A stretch of DNA of 64,000 nucleotides from Eledone cirrhosa (lineage: Eukaryota): NCBI GenBank assembly GCA_964016885.1, contig OZ024742.1, forward strand, positions 256,122,001-256,186,000, in the 5' to 3' direction. Each line of letters opens with the position of its first letter. The first letter of the stretch is position 1. A model generated the notes under the pieces. That model ran no database searches and was not told the DNA's origin. It worked only from the letters and a program-made list of their open reading frames with translations. A program made the translations under genes and the position numbers. Shown in pieces: positions 1 through 14,059 of the stretch.

Positions 1-49
1 ATTCGTTGGCTTAGCTGCTACTCGAACTTCGAATATGCTGTAGTTTTGT

Positions 50-87
<38 letters not shown>

Positions 88-221
88 CCAAATAAAGAGA
101 TATGTGTATTTACAGAGAGTGAACGAGCCATATATCGCACAAGAAACACGGTATATTGTATATATATATACCAAATACATATTCAATAGAATAATTTATA
201 CACAGGTGGAAGCATAAGTGA

Positions 222-361
222 AGCCTTATACCGATATTTCATACCTGGAGAGTATGTCTAAAAATGTATCTCTGTAATCGATCATCGAAAGAAAAAAAAA
301 TCAATACATTCGATCATCGAAGACAAACTATCGATTAAGATTCAGGTACTCATCAGAGGTT
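222..361 (-). ncRNA. Type I hammerhead ribozyme motif with ~109-nt stem II
   Basis: Minus strand reads aacct-CTGATGA-gtacctg...(109 nt in total)...caggtat-GAAA-tatcggta-TA-aggct. The core is intact, stem II closes gtacctg/caggtat, stem III is near-palindromic, the predicted cleavage triplet is AUA, and stem I pairs 4 of 5 bp. Confidence 0.7.
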
Positions 362-730
362 TAGTCTCACTATTCTAAGGGAAATATAGAAACAAGATGG
401 TAAATAAATCAATATACCTGGGAAGTCCTACGCGTCCATCATGCTAACAAGCCCATGGAGGAATACGCCAGACCGGAGCAAACAAATATCCACTAGGTGG
501 ACGATAACTCTGCTAGAAATAGGAGCGATAATTATAGCCTCCCAGCTCAACAAGTTAAGAGGTTTGGAGCTGTTAAATACAACTAATGGATCAAATATGT
601 TTAGAATTTTGTGTTTCTAAATAAGCATGCTTGCTCTACAGACTTAATAAAATAATTTTATTGCATAGTTCAAGATTCACTTCTTTTAAAAGATTCAATT
701 TCCAATACTTCCGGTATATCTATACTATAC

Positions 731-1052
<322 letters not shown>

Positions 1053-1219
1053 GTGTGTGAGTATATGAAGAGAGAGATACAGGTAGATAGAGTGACTGTG
1101 ACAGATACATAATATATATATATATATAAATTTATAAATTGCAGAAATAGCCTTCGAAATGGCTTGAGTTCTGCCGTCGGGGTCAAAATTTTACCTATAT
1201 ATATATATATATATATATA

Positions 1220-3085
1220 ATTATAATAAAATAACAGGAGGCTGGACTTGTGTAAATCCTTGAAAGGTTTATTATACTATGATCATTTCAATGACCGGGT
1301 TCCGTATGAATCCGGTGATATCATCAGGTATTCGAAATATAATAAATGAGTGTAATAGATAAAATCCATGGGGCTGAAAATCATAGACCCGTGGACGACC
1401 GACCATCTAGCATCCTCCATTTTAGCCGGTCGCCCTCAAGTGCTACTTAAGTCTATCTGGTGAGGGGGCTAAAGCTTATAGTGTGCTACTAACCTCCCGG
1501 TCAAATAGAAGAAACACAGAAAGGGAGAGGAAGACAAGTCAGCGTTAATGTCATGCTACAAGAAAAAAGACAAAAAGAAAGAGGAAGAAAAAGAAGAAGA
1601 AGAACAGTCAGCGTTAATGTCATGCTACAAGAAGAAAGACAGAAAGAAAGAGGAAGAAAAGTCCGTATTGATGTCATGCTACAATCAGGCCAGGAATCGA
1701 CAAAAGTTATTCTAAAGGACCCATATCTTAACAGAGGTATATATTATAACAGAGGTAAATATAGTTGGGGTCTGCATGTTATAATGTGTGATCAGAAGAT
1801 TGGAACGTTAAATTTTTGTTTAGATTTATAGGATGAAGTTACAAAAATGTAAGATTAACATTATAAAATAAAAAAAAATTAGAAAATTGAAAATTAAACA
1901 GTTTAACATTTTTAAGGTTTTGTGTTGCGAGGTTTAGTTAAAGAAAGAGTCTTTTATGAAGAAACTTTAATTGTATTTTCGCGTAAAGATTATGTCCTTG
2001 TTTAACAGTCAAACAGCATGCGGCGACTGCAGATTCCGGCCAGCCCATCCTAACGGCGTGTCAGCCATTCCGAGTGAGATCGCCTAGTGAAAGATATGGA
2101 AATCAATTTTTCCAAGCACTCTAGGAATGTATTTCAGGCATCAGGTGTCAAACCTCGTCGTTAGGCCATCCTTGTACCAAACTAGTACTATTAATTTACA
2201 CAGGAGGGGGATTTGTTTAAGTAGAGGGAGGCATGATACTGCTAATAGTTATGATTAGGCTGCGCGTCGGGCCCCTGGGTCGAGTCAATCCGCTCCGAGT
2301 AATTTCATTTACCGAAAGAAAGGGAGATTTATTTTTCCAAGCACTAAAGGTAGGCCTATACACCAGGAGGCCGGTCCCGCAGCCAGGAAAACCAACCCAA
2401 CAGTCCGACAGAAAATTGGAACGTTAAATTTTTGTTTAGATTTATAGGATGAAGTTAAACAAATTAAAGATTAATATTATAAAATTAAAAAGTTAGAAAA
2501 TTGAAAATTAAACAGTATAAAAATTGTTTAAATGTTTTGGGTTGCGAGGTTTAGTTAAGAGAGAGTCTTTTATGAAGAGACTTTATAGAGATCCTCTATA
2601 AGTTATCCTAGTGGGATGTTGAGTAAAGAATATGTCCTTGTTTAGCAGTCAAACAGCATGAGGCGACTGCAGCCCCCGGCCAGCTCATCCTAACCACAAA
2701 TCAACCATTCAGAGTGAGATCGCCTAGCGAAGGATATGGAAATCAATTATTCCAAGCACTCAAGGAATGTATTCCAGGTTTCAGGTTTGCTAGTGGGGAG
2801 TCAGCCATCGTCGTTATGCCATCGTTATACCAAACGAGTACTATTAATTTACACAGGAGGAGGATTTATTTAAGTAGAGGGAGGCCTGATACAGCTTATA
2901 TTTATGATTAGGCCTAGAACTTAAAGGTACTATATGGCGGTCAAACAGCGGTTGCGCGGCAGGCCCCTGGGCGAATCATCCGCTCCGAGTAATTTCATTT
3001 ACCGAAAGAAGGGGAAATTTATTTTTCCCAGGATTTATTTTTCCGGAATTGACCAGCTCTATCCAGTGGTGAACCTTCAAACCTA
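1220..3085 (-). mobile_element. Probable PLE-derived 3' fragment with ~0.6-kb partial tandem duplication
   Basis: 1797-2345 is repeated, diverged, at 2410-3030. There is an HHR near the minus-strand 3' end, and both ends abut (TA)n. The minus-strand translation near 2570-2800 (HSLSAWNN...CCLTAKQGHILYST...SLHKR) only weakly resembles a PLE GIY-YIG C-terminus. Confidence 0.5.
1274..1331 (-). ncRNA. Type I hammerhead ribozyme motif
   Basis: Minus strand reads atac-CTGATGA-tatc accggattc atac ggaacccggt catt-GAAA-tgatca-TA-gtat. The core is intact, stem I is atac/gtat, stem III is the palindrome TGATCA, and the triplet is AUA. Confidence 0.8.
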
Positions 3086-3163
3086 AATATATATATAATA
3101 TTCCATCTCTCATTTATTTGAAACATACGTTTATTTCATTGATTACTTTTCTCCGTTTCAGCT

Positions 3164-3575
<412 letters not shown>

Positions 3576-3639
3576 TGTTTTAACATATATTCATTTCTAA
3601 GATTTCACCGACGAGATAACATATATGTATACATACAAG

Positions 3640-6600
3640 ACAGAAAGTGAACATGGGTCGCAGAAAACATTTCTCATCTAAATCCCAACGCATAGCAGCA
3701 GACGCACAATGACAAAGAGAGATGAGAGCAAATCAATCAAACAATAATCGCTCTACAACATCCCAACACGTTTCTACAAATGTAATTCAGTTAACACACC
3801 AATAACAACTTGCAACAAATAGACCAAACGTTCAGAGAAGAAGGAACAGGTCAATTGAAAAAGTCCGGCAAAAATTCCTACAGATGAACCTTTCCAAGAG
3901 GAAACTGTTCTTTCCATAATGCCACAACATAATGCAGGGTGTCTCTTTGCTTCTGTTTGTCCACAAAGCTTATCGCTGGCCACATATATCCGAATCTCTG
4001 TGCTGATTCCAGGGAAAAGTGAAACTCACTCAACTTCCATTTCTTCCACCAAATATACTGAAATATTTTCATATCACTCAAGCAGGAAATTCTTTTCTTC
4101 ATAAGATACGTGCATATAATAGTGTGCTTGCTTTAGCTTCAATTGGTTGCTAAGAGATTAAAGCACCAGAATTTAGTCCAACATTTAAGATCCGAGGTAA
4201 GATTTGTCATATTATTGGATCACTACTTCCAAGTGATGCTTCACGAAAGTTTGCGCAGCTTTACTCCTATGGAGTTTCAGAATCACTTGCATCATGCCAA
4301 TTTAGACGCTGCTGTCCTACAAGACCTGCAAGAAGACTTGCACCACTGCAAAGCCTATATAAGAAGCTTCAAGGCAGTCATTGAAATGACAGTGTCTGAA
4401 AATGTGAATATTGTCCTACATGCTGACAAAGTAAAACCCACTGATTTTCATCGTCGCATGTATAATCATCCCATGGCATCTGAGATTGCTGTTATTCAAC
4501 CTGATACATCATTAGATATCTTGGATGTCATCATTCATAAAAGAGATGGTAGTCTTCAAAGGATTAATCAGTTTCACCATTCATATGATCCTCTGCATTA
4601 TGTGCTACTGTTTCCTTGGGGAAATGGTGGGTTTCAGGTTGGTTTGAAAAGGATTGACAACCACACACTCACACCCACTGATTTCTACTTTTATAGGTTT
4701 CAGGTTAGGCATGGTGACTGTAACATTATCATCAAGAGCAGCCGGCTGATGATGCCGAGGCAAAAATAGAACATTGTCGCCTAAAATGGGACGGCACCAA
4801 TCAAACCATGATACGAGCTGAAAAATATGCTGTGGCTGAAGGAAATTCAGTAAATACAGGCCGGAGAATTTTTCTTCCTCCATCAATCTATGGTTCCCCT
4901 CGCTTCTACAGTGAGTGCTTTCAGAATTCGATTACTGTAGTTCGATACATGGGAAAGCCATCTTATTTCATCACAGTAACAACTAACCCTAACTGGGATG
5001 AAATAAAAAGTAGTTTGCATCCTGGTAAAGAACTTAGAAACCGTCCTGATATTTGTGCATGAGTCTTCAAGATCCTGGATGACATACTGAAAACAAAATG
5101 TGCTAGGAAAAGTTGTGGCTCATTCTGCTGCTATCGAGTGGCAGAAGCGAGGCCTCACTCATGCTCATATTCGGCTGACGATATCAAGCCCAAACCTGAT
5201 GATGCCATTGATCAGTGAGATCCTGATAAAGAGACTAATCCAATTCTGCAAAAGATCATCTCATCCTGCTACATTCATGGCCCATGTGGTCAAGCTAATA
5301 TGGTGTGCTCATGTATGGAAGGACTAGGACAACAAAACCATTGCTAAAAAAGTTGTCCGAATACATTCAGACAAACCACATTTGTTGCTGAAAATTCCTT
5401 TCCGGAGTCTAGAAGAAGGGATAGACAGCATGTTGGTCACACCCATACCATCCAACTTAAAGGTCAGACATTTACTGTTGATAATCGTTGGATTGTTCCA
5501 TACAACCCGTTTCTATCATTGAGATATCAGTGCCACATCAATTACGAGGTTGTCCACAGTGTCAAGGTTGTTAAGTACTTATATAAGTACATCACAAAAG
5601 GCTCACACAAGATCACTTTCACTATTAAGGATGATCAAGGTAATTGTGTATATGTCCAACATGAGATTGAGACCTATATCAATCCACGGTACATCTCAGC
5701 CAGTGAAGCATTCTGGAGAATCTATAAATTTCCATTACATCATCGGAAACCGCCAGCTGAAAGTTGCCTTGCCATTTACCTGGGGAACAAATGTTCGTGT
5801 ATGAGCGAGGGCAGGAAGAAAGTGTTGTTTCAAGGGGACAGCCAATGACTAAGTTGACTGGCCCAAAACATATTGTATATTGATATTCCTAAATATTTCA
5901 CTTGGACAAACAAAAAGTGGCAAAGAAGAAAAAAGGGACATGTGGATCGTGATTAACAATTTATGAGTGAATCTCTCGGACACATTCCAAAAGTATCTCT
6001 CAGTGGACATCAATCTGAATTATATAATCTCAGGCTGATCCTACAGCACGAGGCAGGGTCAATTTCATGCAAAAATTTGAGGACATTTGAAGGAGTTGAA
6101 TTTCCAACATTCCAAGAAGTATGTAGGAAACTTGGTCTGTTGGTTGAAGATGGAGAAAAAGACAAAGCTATGGAAGAGGCTTCATCAATTACGCTTGCTA
6201 CTCAGCTGCGGGAGATCTTCTGCATCATTTTATTGTACTGCATTGCAAATGACTCTCTGCAGTTCTGGGAGAAATGGAAGAATTGTCTTGCAAACCGTGC
6301 AGATTGCTCTACAGAAGATCCAACAAAGACGTCAACATGATGGCTTGGACATTCATGCCACCTATGGACTCCCTAGTCCAGACACAACTATTGTTGCCAT
6401 ATCATAAATCAACAGGGTTCTTATGGCAGAAACTGATTTCAATACACACCAACTGCAAGCAAACATAAACGAACTTCTGCCCACATTGAATCCTGTGCAA
6501 CTGGTTATATTTCACACAGTAATCACGTCTCTAAATGGAAATGAAGGTAGAATTTTCTGCTTAAATGCCAGTTCAGGCAAGGGAAAAACATATATCATCA

Positions 6601-8368
6601 ACATCATTTTAGATTACATCCGATCTAAGAAAAAAATTGCACTTGCTACTGCCATATCTGGAATAGCAGCCTCTTTGCTTCACAAAGGTAGTACACTTCA
6701 TTCCAATTGCAAGGTTCCTCTCAATCAACTGCTTAATCAACTTGCTTCTTCACAAAGAGAAATGCCACAGGTAAACCTATGCAGCAAGCTGCCCTGTTAA
6801 TTATTGATGAGATAGGTATGGAACATAATGAAATCTTTGAATGCCTTAACAGGAGCTTCAAAGATGTTCGACATTGCAAAAAGCGATTTGGTGGTCTAAT
6901 AATATTACTATCTGGTGACTGGAAGCAAATTCTTCCACTTGTACGTCAAGGTGGTAGACCATAAATAGTTGAAGCAACCATCAAGAGATCCTATCTCTTG
7001 GCCGATGTGGAAACCGTGGAGATGACAACCAATCAATGGTTAATTCATGCAGAGGATTCTGCACATGAACTTTGTCTGGCATATGATAATGTGTCTGGAT
7101 TGTGTGATTTTGTGTATACACATCTTCCAGGAAACTACACAAACCCACTATGGCTTGCAAATAGAGTCATTATCACCCAACAAATGATGCAGCAAGATTG
7201 GTGAATAAGTTCATGGTTAACAAGTTCCCTGGTCATGAAACAATCTACAGAAGCTCTGATACAGTTGAAAATGAAATGAAATATCCAATTGAGTGCATCA
7301 ACAAAGTTACCCCATCAGGCTTCCCGACACACATACTTAAACTGAAGAAAGGCAGTTGCATCATGCTTCTGAGAAATCTGGATCGTCTGAACGCGCATTG
7401 CAATGGCACACGCTACATTATCATCAGTTTACATAATCATGTAATTGAAGCTGAAGTGACATTGGGTCCCAATGCTGGAACAAGGTTGCTAATCCCAAGG
7501 ATACCACATGTATCGCAAGAGCTCGAGTTCCCTTTCACCTTTACTTGCAAGCAATTTCCTGTCAAACCAGCCTTTGCCCTTACATGCAACAAGGCACAAG
7601 GGCAGGCATTTGAAAAGGTAGCTGTAAATATTCTCTCATGGTCAGATGTATGTTGCATTATCACGAGTTACAAAAAAAGAAAATATAAAAATATTAAATG
7701 AAAGGGGTCTGTTTGCTGATAAGTGTGTCTACAAAGAAATTCTACAGTAATGTGAAACAGCTGCCATTCTCTTTTAGTTGAAATGAATTTCAGTTTCTTT
7801 TTAATTGCTAGAAAAGGGACACGACAAAAACTTGTGAATACAGTAAAACAACAATAAAGCGAGGTTCAACTCTTCATATTGGTAAATGTAATTCATTCAT
7901 TCCTACCAGCAGCATCTATTTTCACTGCTTGAAGCTTCCCATTAACATTCTCAAGTGAGGATTCACGAACATTTTCCGTCAACAGTTTCATTGCTTTTCC
8001 ATCTTCACTATTGCACTTCATTATTCCATCTTCATTATTACACTTACTTCTGTAATCAGTAAAGTAATCTATGATACATTTTTTAAATAGGCAATAATTG
8101 TTTCTACTTTTGGCACAAGGCCAGTACCAGTAATGCACTGGGTAATTGCTGGCCTTGTGCCAACAGTAGAAACAGTTATTGCCTTTTTAAAAAATGTATC
8201 ATGGATTACTTTACTGATTACAGAAGTAAGTGTAACACAGTCTTTGTTCAGTTTAGGTTCATATTGATAATTAATGTATCATATCTATGTACATATATAT
8301 TTGCGTATATCAATATGGACACTATGGACACTAGCACAGAACCGCCTGTGGGGTGGTTCTTCTGCTAG
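3640..8368 (+). mobile_element. Degraded autonomous Helitron (RepHel pseudogene with intact 3' terminus)
   Basis: Rep motifs: YFITVTTNPNW (4808 ORF), IEWQKRGLTHAHI (HUH, 5100 ORF), KYLYKYITKG (5519 ORF). PIF1 helicase motifs: ASSGKGKT, LLIIDE, GDWKQILP, QFPVKPAFALTCNKAQGQ. Many stops and frameshifts. The 3' hairpin agaaccgcc-tgtg-gggtggttct (8338-8360) is followed by CTAG (8365-8368) and T. The 5' end is not resolved. Confidence 0.93.
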
Positions 8369-8548
8369 TATATATAATATACATATATCCCGACGACAGT
8401 CTATAAATTGCATTTTAGTCGGAGCTACGAAATCAGTAAAGATCTATTTAATTTTTATAAAATGGCAGAAAGACCCCTCTGGTGAATGGTGAAAATCTCC
8501 AACAATCACACCAAAGTGACTTTTGTTAAATTTAAATCAAATATAAAT

Positions 8549-8740
8549 AATTGTTTCTACATTTGGCACACGGCCAGCAATTACCCAGTGCATTACTGGT
8601 ACTTTATTTTATCTATCCTGAAAGGATGAAAGGCAAAGTTAACCTCAGCGGGATTTGAACTCAGAATGGCAAGGACCGTAACTCTATGCGTCAAAGCATG
8701 GCGTCCCACCCTCTACCGATACTGCCAATCCTCCGCCCTC
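8549..8740 (-). mobile_element. tRNA-derived SINE, full length, with TSD
   Basis: A-box-like tggcagtatcgg, B-box gagttcaaatccc, central gcctttcatcc...gataaaataaagtaccag domain, tail gaaacaatt. 14-bp TSD aatcaaatataaat at 8535-8548 and 8741-8754. Confidence 0.9.
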
Positions 8741-10106
8741 AATCAAATATAAATCAAATATAAATAATGAAAGTGTGGAATATCTACAAATAACAACGCT
8801 AACTGGGCATTCTCCTGGATCAGACATGCAATCAACACGTGTCACAATAAGCTGCCCTTTTATTACATTCTCTTATAGCCAGCAATAATCAACAACAAAT
8901 AACAGCAATACACAAACAGTCTCTGGAAACAATGATGCGGGTGACAAGTTTGACGCGGCGTATCTCACCTGACATTACCTTGTATGTATTGGTGTGACTA
9001 TAAATAAGTTAATTGCAAACAAAATAACTTACTTGATATAAAATCATCTACCATTCGGAGTAAACATCTATTCAGTTATTAATACACACACATGCGCGCG
9101 CGCGCGCACACACACACACGCACACACACACATAATCACACGCACACATATAAACACACACACACATACACTTACACACAAAGGCGCACATATATGTAGA
9201 GAGAAAACAATGTGCATATATACAACAATACGTATGCAAACACATATATATTTATGTACATAGAACCAATAGAAAAAACACATACACTTAGACACACACA
9301 CACACACAGACATACCCAAGCATAAAACACACACACACACACACACACAAAAAAAAACTTCCCTCTATAGATAATACAAAGCCATCAACACACACTCACA
9401 CATACTCATCTGACACACATGAACATATACAAACAAACCCACTCAAACCTACATATTCACACACACAGAATAATATAGACACACTCACACACACACACAT
9501 GGTAATAGAATCACAGGCACACAATAGCATGCACACACATACATGGAAAAAAAGAAAAATCGACACACTCGCACACACACACTCACACATGCACACCAAA
9601 ACACACAGACATACATACACACACGTACCATTGTGCATACACCAACTATATAAGTCTCTGACGCTCACACGTGTTTGTACACACATAGACTGAAGCCATG
9701 CATATCATCCAATTTCTTCCCTTCGGCGCACATATACAACCACTCACATATGTACAACATAATTCCTAACTCACAAACATACACACGCACTATTGTGCAA
9801 AAACCCTGCGACACACACCCATACAACAAGACCCCTGACACCCGTGTATCCTCTACTTTGGCTCCCACCCCCAAGGCCGGACTTTTAGATTATCACACCC
9901 TACCAGTCATTCTCCTCCAAACACCTAACTTCCCTTCCTATCTTTCATACACTTCGATCATACATTTATCTGCTGTCTCCTTATCCGAAATTTCCTGATG
10001 AATGACGTCTCTCCAAAACGTGGAACCTTCCTCCATACGTACCAAGTGTGAATCTAATGCAACTGAGTATTTTTGTATTCCTGTGTTTATCTTGTTTCCT
10101 TTTTAA

Positions 10107-10150
<44 letters not shown>

Positions 10151-10881
10151 ACACATACACACACACACACACGCACGCATATATATATATATATATATAT
10201 ATAGTGAAGGAAAGAAGAGGTTATGGTTCGCTGTACAACAAGGGGCTTTATTTCAGGTATTGACAATTGTTTCATTGAACAGGTGAGTCTAGAGGTAACT
10301 AATCGCTCGAAGTTGCGATTATATATCATAATCTATAAAGCTCAGTGTGTGGTCATGCTCCTTTCTTATAGAAATCTACGATATAGAATTTCTTCAATTG
10401 AAATTTACCATTCAGTATTCGAAATAGCTTCGATTGCGTCTTGGCACAGATAATTTTTTCAATTTCACCCACAATTACGCAAAAAATAGATAAAACTCAA
10501 TATTTTATGATTTTTCTCTGTCATTTAAACTGCTAAACTCTTTCCACTACCATTCAACATCTATACAACTTCATACTTTCTGCTACTTTCTCTTTCCAAG
10601 CTTGATGGTGATACTGTCCGTTTTACTCTCTCATATCATCTGCTACTCTCTATCTACAACCCACACATTTTGCTACTTTCTCTTTTATACTTCAAACTTA
10701 CTGATTTATTTCCAAACGCATACAAATACACACTCACTTATTATTCAAAAGCAACAGATACATTTATTCAACAACAAGCGATAAATCTTTTTTAAAACCT
10801 CTTTTCCAAACGCATACAAACACACACTCACTTCAACAACAACAACAACAATCTGCCTTTTATAGATAATGATAAACAATA

Positions 10882-11341
10882 ATATCCTCTATGAGGTCAC
10901 TAAACCTGCTAGAAACAGCAGCTAACTCTCCCCCACACCACACCCCTCCGTAATGTCTTAAATTTAGAAAACATATCTTCTATGAGGTCACTAAACCTGC
11001 TAGAAACAGCAGCTAACTCTCCCCCATATCACACCACTCCCTACTGTCTTAAATTTAGAAAACACATATCCTTTATGAGGTTACTAAACCTGCTAGAAAC
11101 AGCAGCTAACTCTCCCCCATATCACACCACTCCCTACTGTCTTAAATTTAGAAAACACATATCCTTTATGAGGTTACTAAACCTGCTAGAAACAGCAGCT
11201 AACTCTCCCCCATATCACACCCCTCCCTACTGTCTTGAATTTAGAAAACATATCTTCTATGAGGTCACTAAACCTGCTAGAAAGAGCAGCTAACTCTCCC
11301 TCATATCACAACCCTCCCTACTGTCTTAAATTTAGAAAACA
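10882..11341. repeat. Minisatellite, ~92-bp unit, ~5 copies
   Basis: The unit tatgaggtcactaaacctgctagaaacagcagctaactctccccc...aaatttagaaaaca starts at about 10890, 10981, 11074, 11167 and 11258. Confidence 0.92.
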
Positions 11342-11639
11342 CAAACAACCATGCATAACAACTCAATCGCAGCTCTGTTGTTCGGCTGGCATCGTCTACG
11401 CGCGTGTTGCGCAAGTACTGTGAAACAATACATTTCAACACTTTTTTGCACGGAGATAATATCCATAGGCGAAACTACAATTGTCACTGCTGGCGCAGCT
11501 CCTGCTTCCAGGTCTGCAATTCATTCACCCAGTGCCTGGCAGACAAAAAAGTGGTGCCATAAAATGGGTGGTGCAACCTAACTTTGGTAACTTAATGACC
11601 CCGAGCAACACGGGCTTTAATGCTAATATATATATAAAT

Positions 11640-11719
<80 letters not shown>

Positions 11720-13395
11720 TAAAATAACAGATTAAAGTTTAAGCAAAGAATCGCTGCTTTCACCCTTAACGGGATCTTCTGAAACTAACAAAGTCAATCT
11801 GTAAACGCAGAACTGGATATTTCAAAAAACGTTGCAACCGGAGGAAGACAGGAAGACGATACTTTGGTTCATGGTGACGTTCGCTGGCAAAGAACGGGAA
11901 AAAACGAATAATACGTCATTAATAGGAGCGGTGAAAAACAATTACGTGCAAGGACAGAACCACGTTTATGGTATAAAAGAGGTCGTAGACTAATGTTCTC
12001 TAAGTGGTGCATAGAGACGTTCTCTGGCAATGAACGAAAAAACGAAGATAATAAGTCATATGTGGAGCATGGAGGACAATAGCGTGCAAAGACAAAACCA
12101 CGTATGTGGTATAGCAGAAGTCATAGACTAAAATTCTAACTAGGAGACCGAATGAATCTCCGCTACAGAGTTAAGAACAAAGCAAATAAATACAATACAG
12201 AAGTAATAGGAACAAATAAATACATACACGCAAACAGATACGTACATACACAAGCATACGCATAACCTTACCATAGGTATACAAAACCACGCACATATAA
12301 ATATGTGTATGTGTGTATGCTTGTGTACAAATAAATAAATAATTATATAAACGTATATAAGTAAATAAATACGTATATAACAAGCGCACACACATACCTA
12401 CAAATAAATACATGAAGGTTCGGAGACGTAAGTCAACTAAAACAAGAAGTACACATATACACACACCCACCATACGTACGAATCTGCATACTCACGCAGA
12501 CGCAAAACTCCCATATACACATAACCAAGCCCTAAATACCAGAATATGTAAACATTATACGCCAAAACAGTCAAATATACGTACGAGAAGGTATACATAC
12601 CTTCACAAAACATACGGGTAATATATACTTACCTATGCAAAAAGTAAAGGAATAAACAAAACATATACTTAGCTCCCACATCAAGACGTAAATATCCACG
12701 TATAGATCGTGCTATCCGTTAGGGTATAACGTAGGGCTGTAATACAGGAAAGTTTTGTGCAATTTATGTTTACAAGCCGAAATTGCCTCAGATTTTTTGT
12801 TTAAGATGTGGTCTGTGGCGTAGAGTATTTCCAGGGCCTCAGCGGCGCAGAGGTCACATGGTCTTTTATTTCCGTTATACGATCTAGCCCTAGCTATGAT
12901 CTCCCAGTGTAACTTATATTGTGTGTGGTTGTCTTTTAGACTCCAGATATAAGCTGAAAGTGACGTCATATTCCTTCTTAGAGGGTAACGAAAAGAATGG
13001 GTATGCAAGTAAAGACGCTGCTTGAAACTATTGGCGATTAACCCTATGTAGGCCCTACGGGACGTGGGTGTTATAACCTTTCATTTGTAGACAATGTTAA
13101 AAGAGAGGCATTTCCCGGATAGGGGACAATCAGCCCGATTCCTACAATTACAGTTAGTACTAACTACAGGGTTGCACGTGTTCCTACGGCTAGGTATTTT
13201 AGCTAAATTTGAAGCTGTGATGTTATGTGCAAGGTTAGGAGTCGTTGAGTAAGAAATTTTAATAGTGTTTCTATTAAAAATTCTACTATATTTATGTGTA
13301 GGGGGAAAATGCTTCGTAATAAGGGAAAGAAAGATCTTAGCTAATGGTGTGGCCACCTCCATATTATATGATGGGTTAAACCAACAAATGCGACG
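11720..13395 (-). mobile_element. 5'-truncated PLE (Naiad-like) with GIY-YIG endonuclease and ~1-kb 3' UTR
   Basis: WFNPSY, KHFPPTHKY...FNRNTIKISYS, CNCRNRADCPLSGKCL (CxCx5C), IVYK*...YIGL, WEIIARA...CDLC...LNKKSE. The 3' UTR carries a duplication of about 145 bp and ends in an HHR. Both ends lie in (TA)n. Confidence 0.88.
11736..11786 (-). ncRNA. Type I hammerhead-like motif, core variant CAGAAGA
   Basis: Minus strand reads agttt-CAGAAGA-tccc gttaa gggt-GAAA-gca gcgattctt tgc-TT-aaact. All three stems form; U4 is replaced by A. Confidence 0.65.
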
Positions 13396-13405
13396 TTATT
13401 ATTAT

Positions 13406-13490
<85 letters not shown>

Positions 13491-13494
13491 CATA

Positions 13495-13777
13495 CAGGAT
13501 GAAAAACTCAGAGCTGTATGGGAGCCTCCCAAAAGTCAGCTCAAATGTGACACAGAGGAGTCTGAGGTTAGCTGGACATGCTCACCGACATCCAGAGTTG
13601 ACATTGCACTCAGTGCTCCTGTGGAAGAGGAAGCCCATGGTTAACGTATGTTGATTCCCTAAGGACAGACACTGGTGTGTTGGAGACACGTGACATGGCA
13701 GCGATAATGAGGGACAGAGACCGCTGGAGAGAACTCGTCCATGGATATCGGGAATTTTACCCGCCCGCCCTAGAATA

Positions 13778-13780
<3 letters not shown>
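13495..13780 (+). mobile_element. RTE-type LINE 3' fragment
   Basis: SELYGSLPKVSSNVTQRSLRLAGHAHRHPE...VLLW matches the RLxxxGHxxR C-terminal motif of RTE-group LINEs. Confidence 0.7.
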
Positions 13781-13818
<38 letters not shown>

Positions 13819-14059
13819 TGTGTATTCCAACCATATTACTTCATCACTGAGCCTTAATTTTCAGATTCTCGTTTCCTTAGAAATATATCTATATCTCAGG
13901 AGCAAGCTCTCGAAACGAAGTCGGGGAAACCCCATATTGACAACAAAGAGGAGACTCACCCACTCTGTGGGATCTGTGAGAGAGAGAGAACGAAGAGGTG
14001 GGGGGGGACTCTGGTTCACATCGTATCCGAGTGTAAACACCTAGCCAATATTCGCTATA

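Noticed and set aside
9990-10290. HHR-like fragments (ctgatga at 9995; gaaacaattgtc on the minus strand near 10262)
   Set aside because: A complete three-stem fold with both core halves could not be built.
10882-11341. Regularly spaced repeats resembling a CRISPR array
   Set aside because: The whole ~92-bp unit repeats with no unique spacers, there are no cas genes, and the context is eukaryotic. It is a minisatellite.
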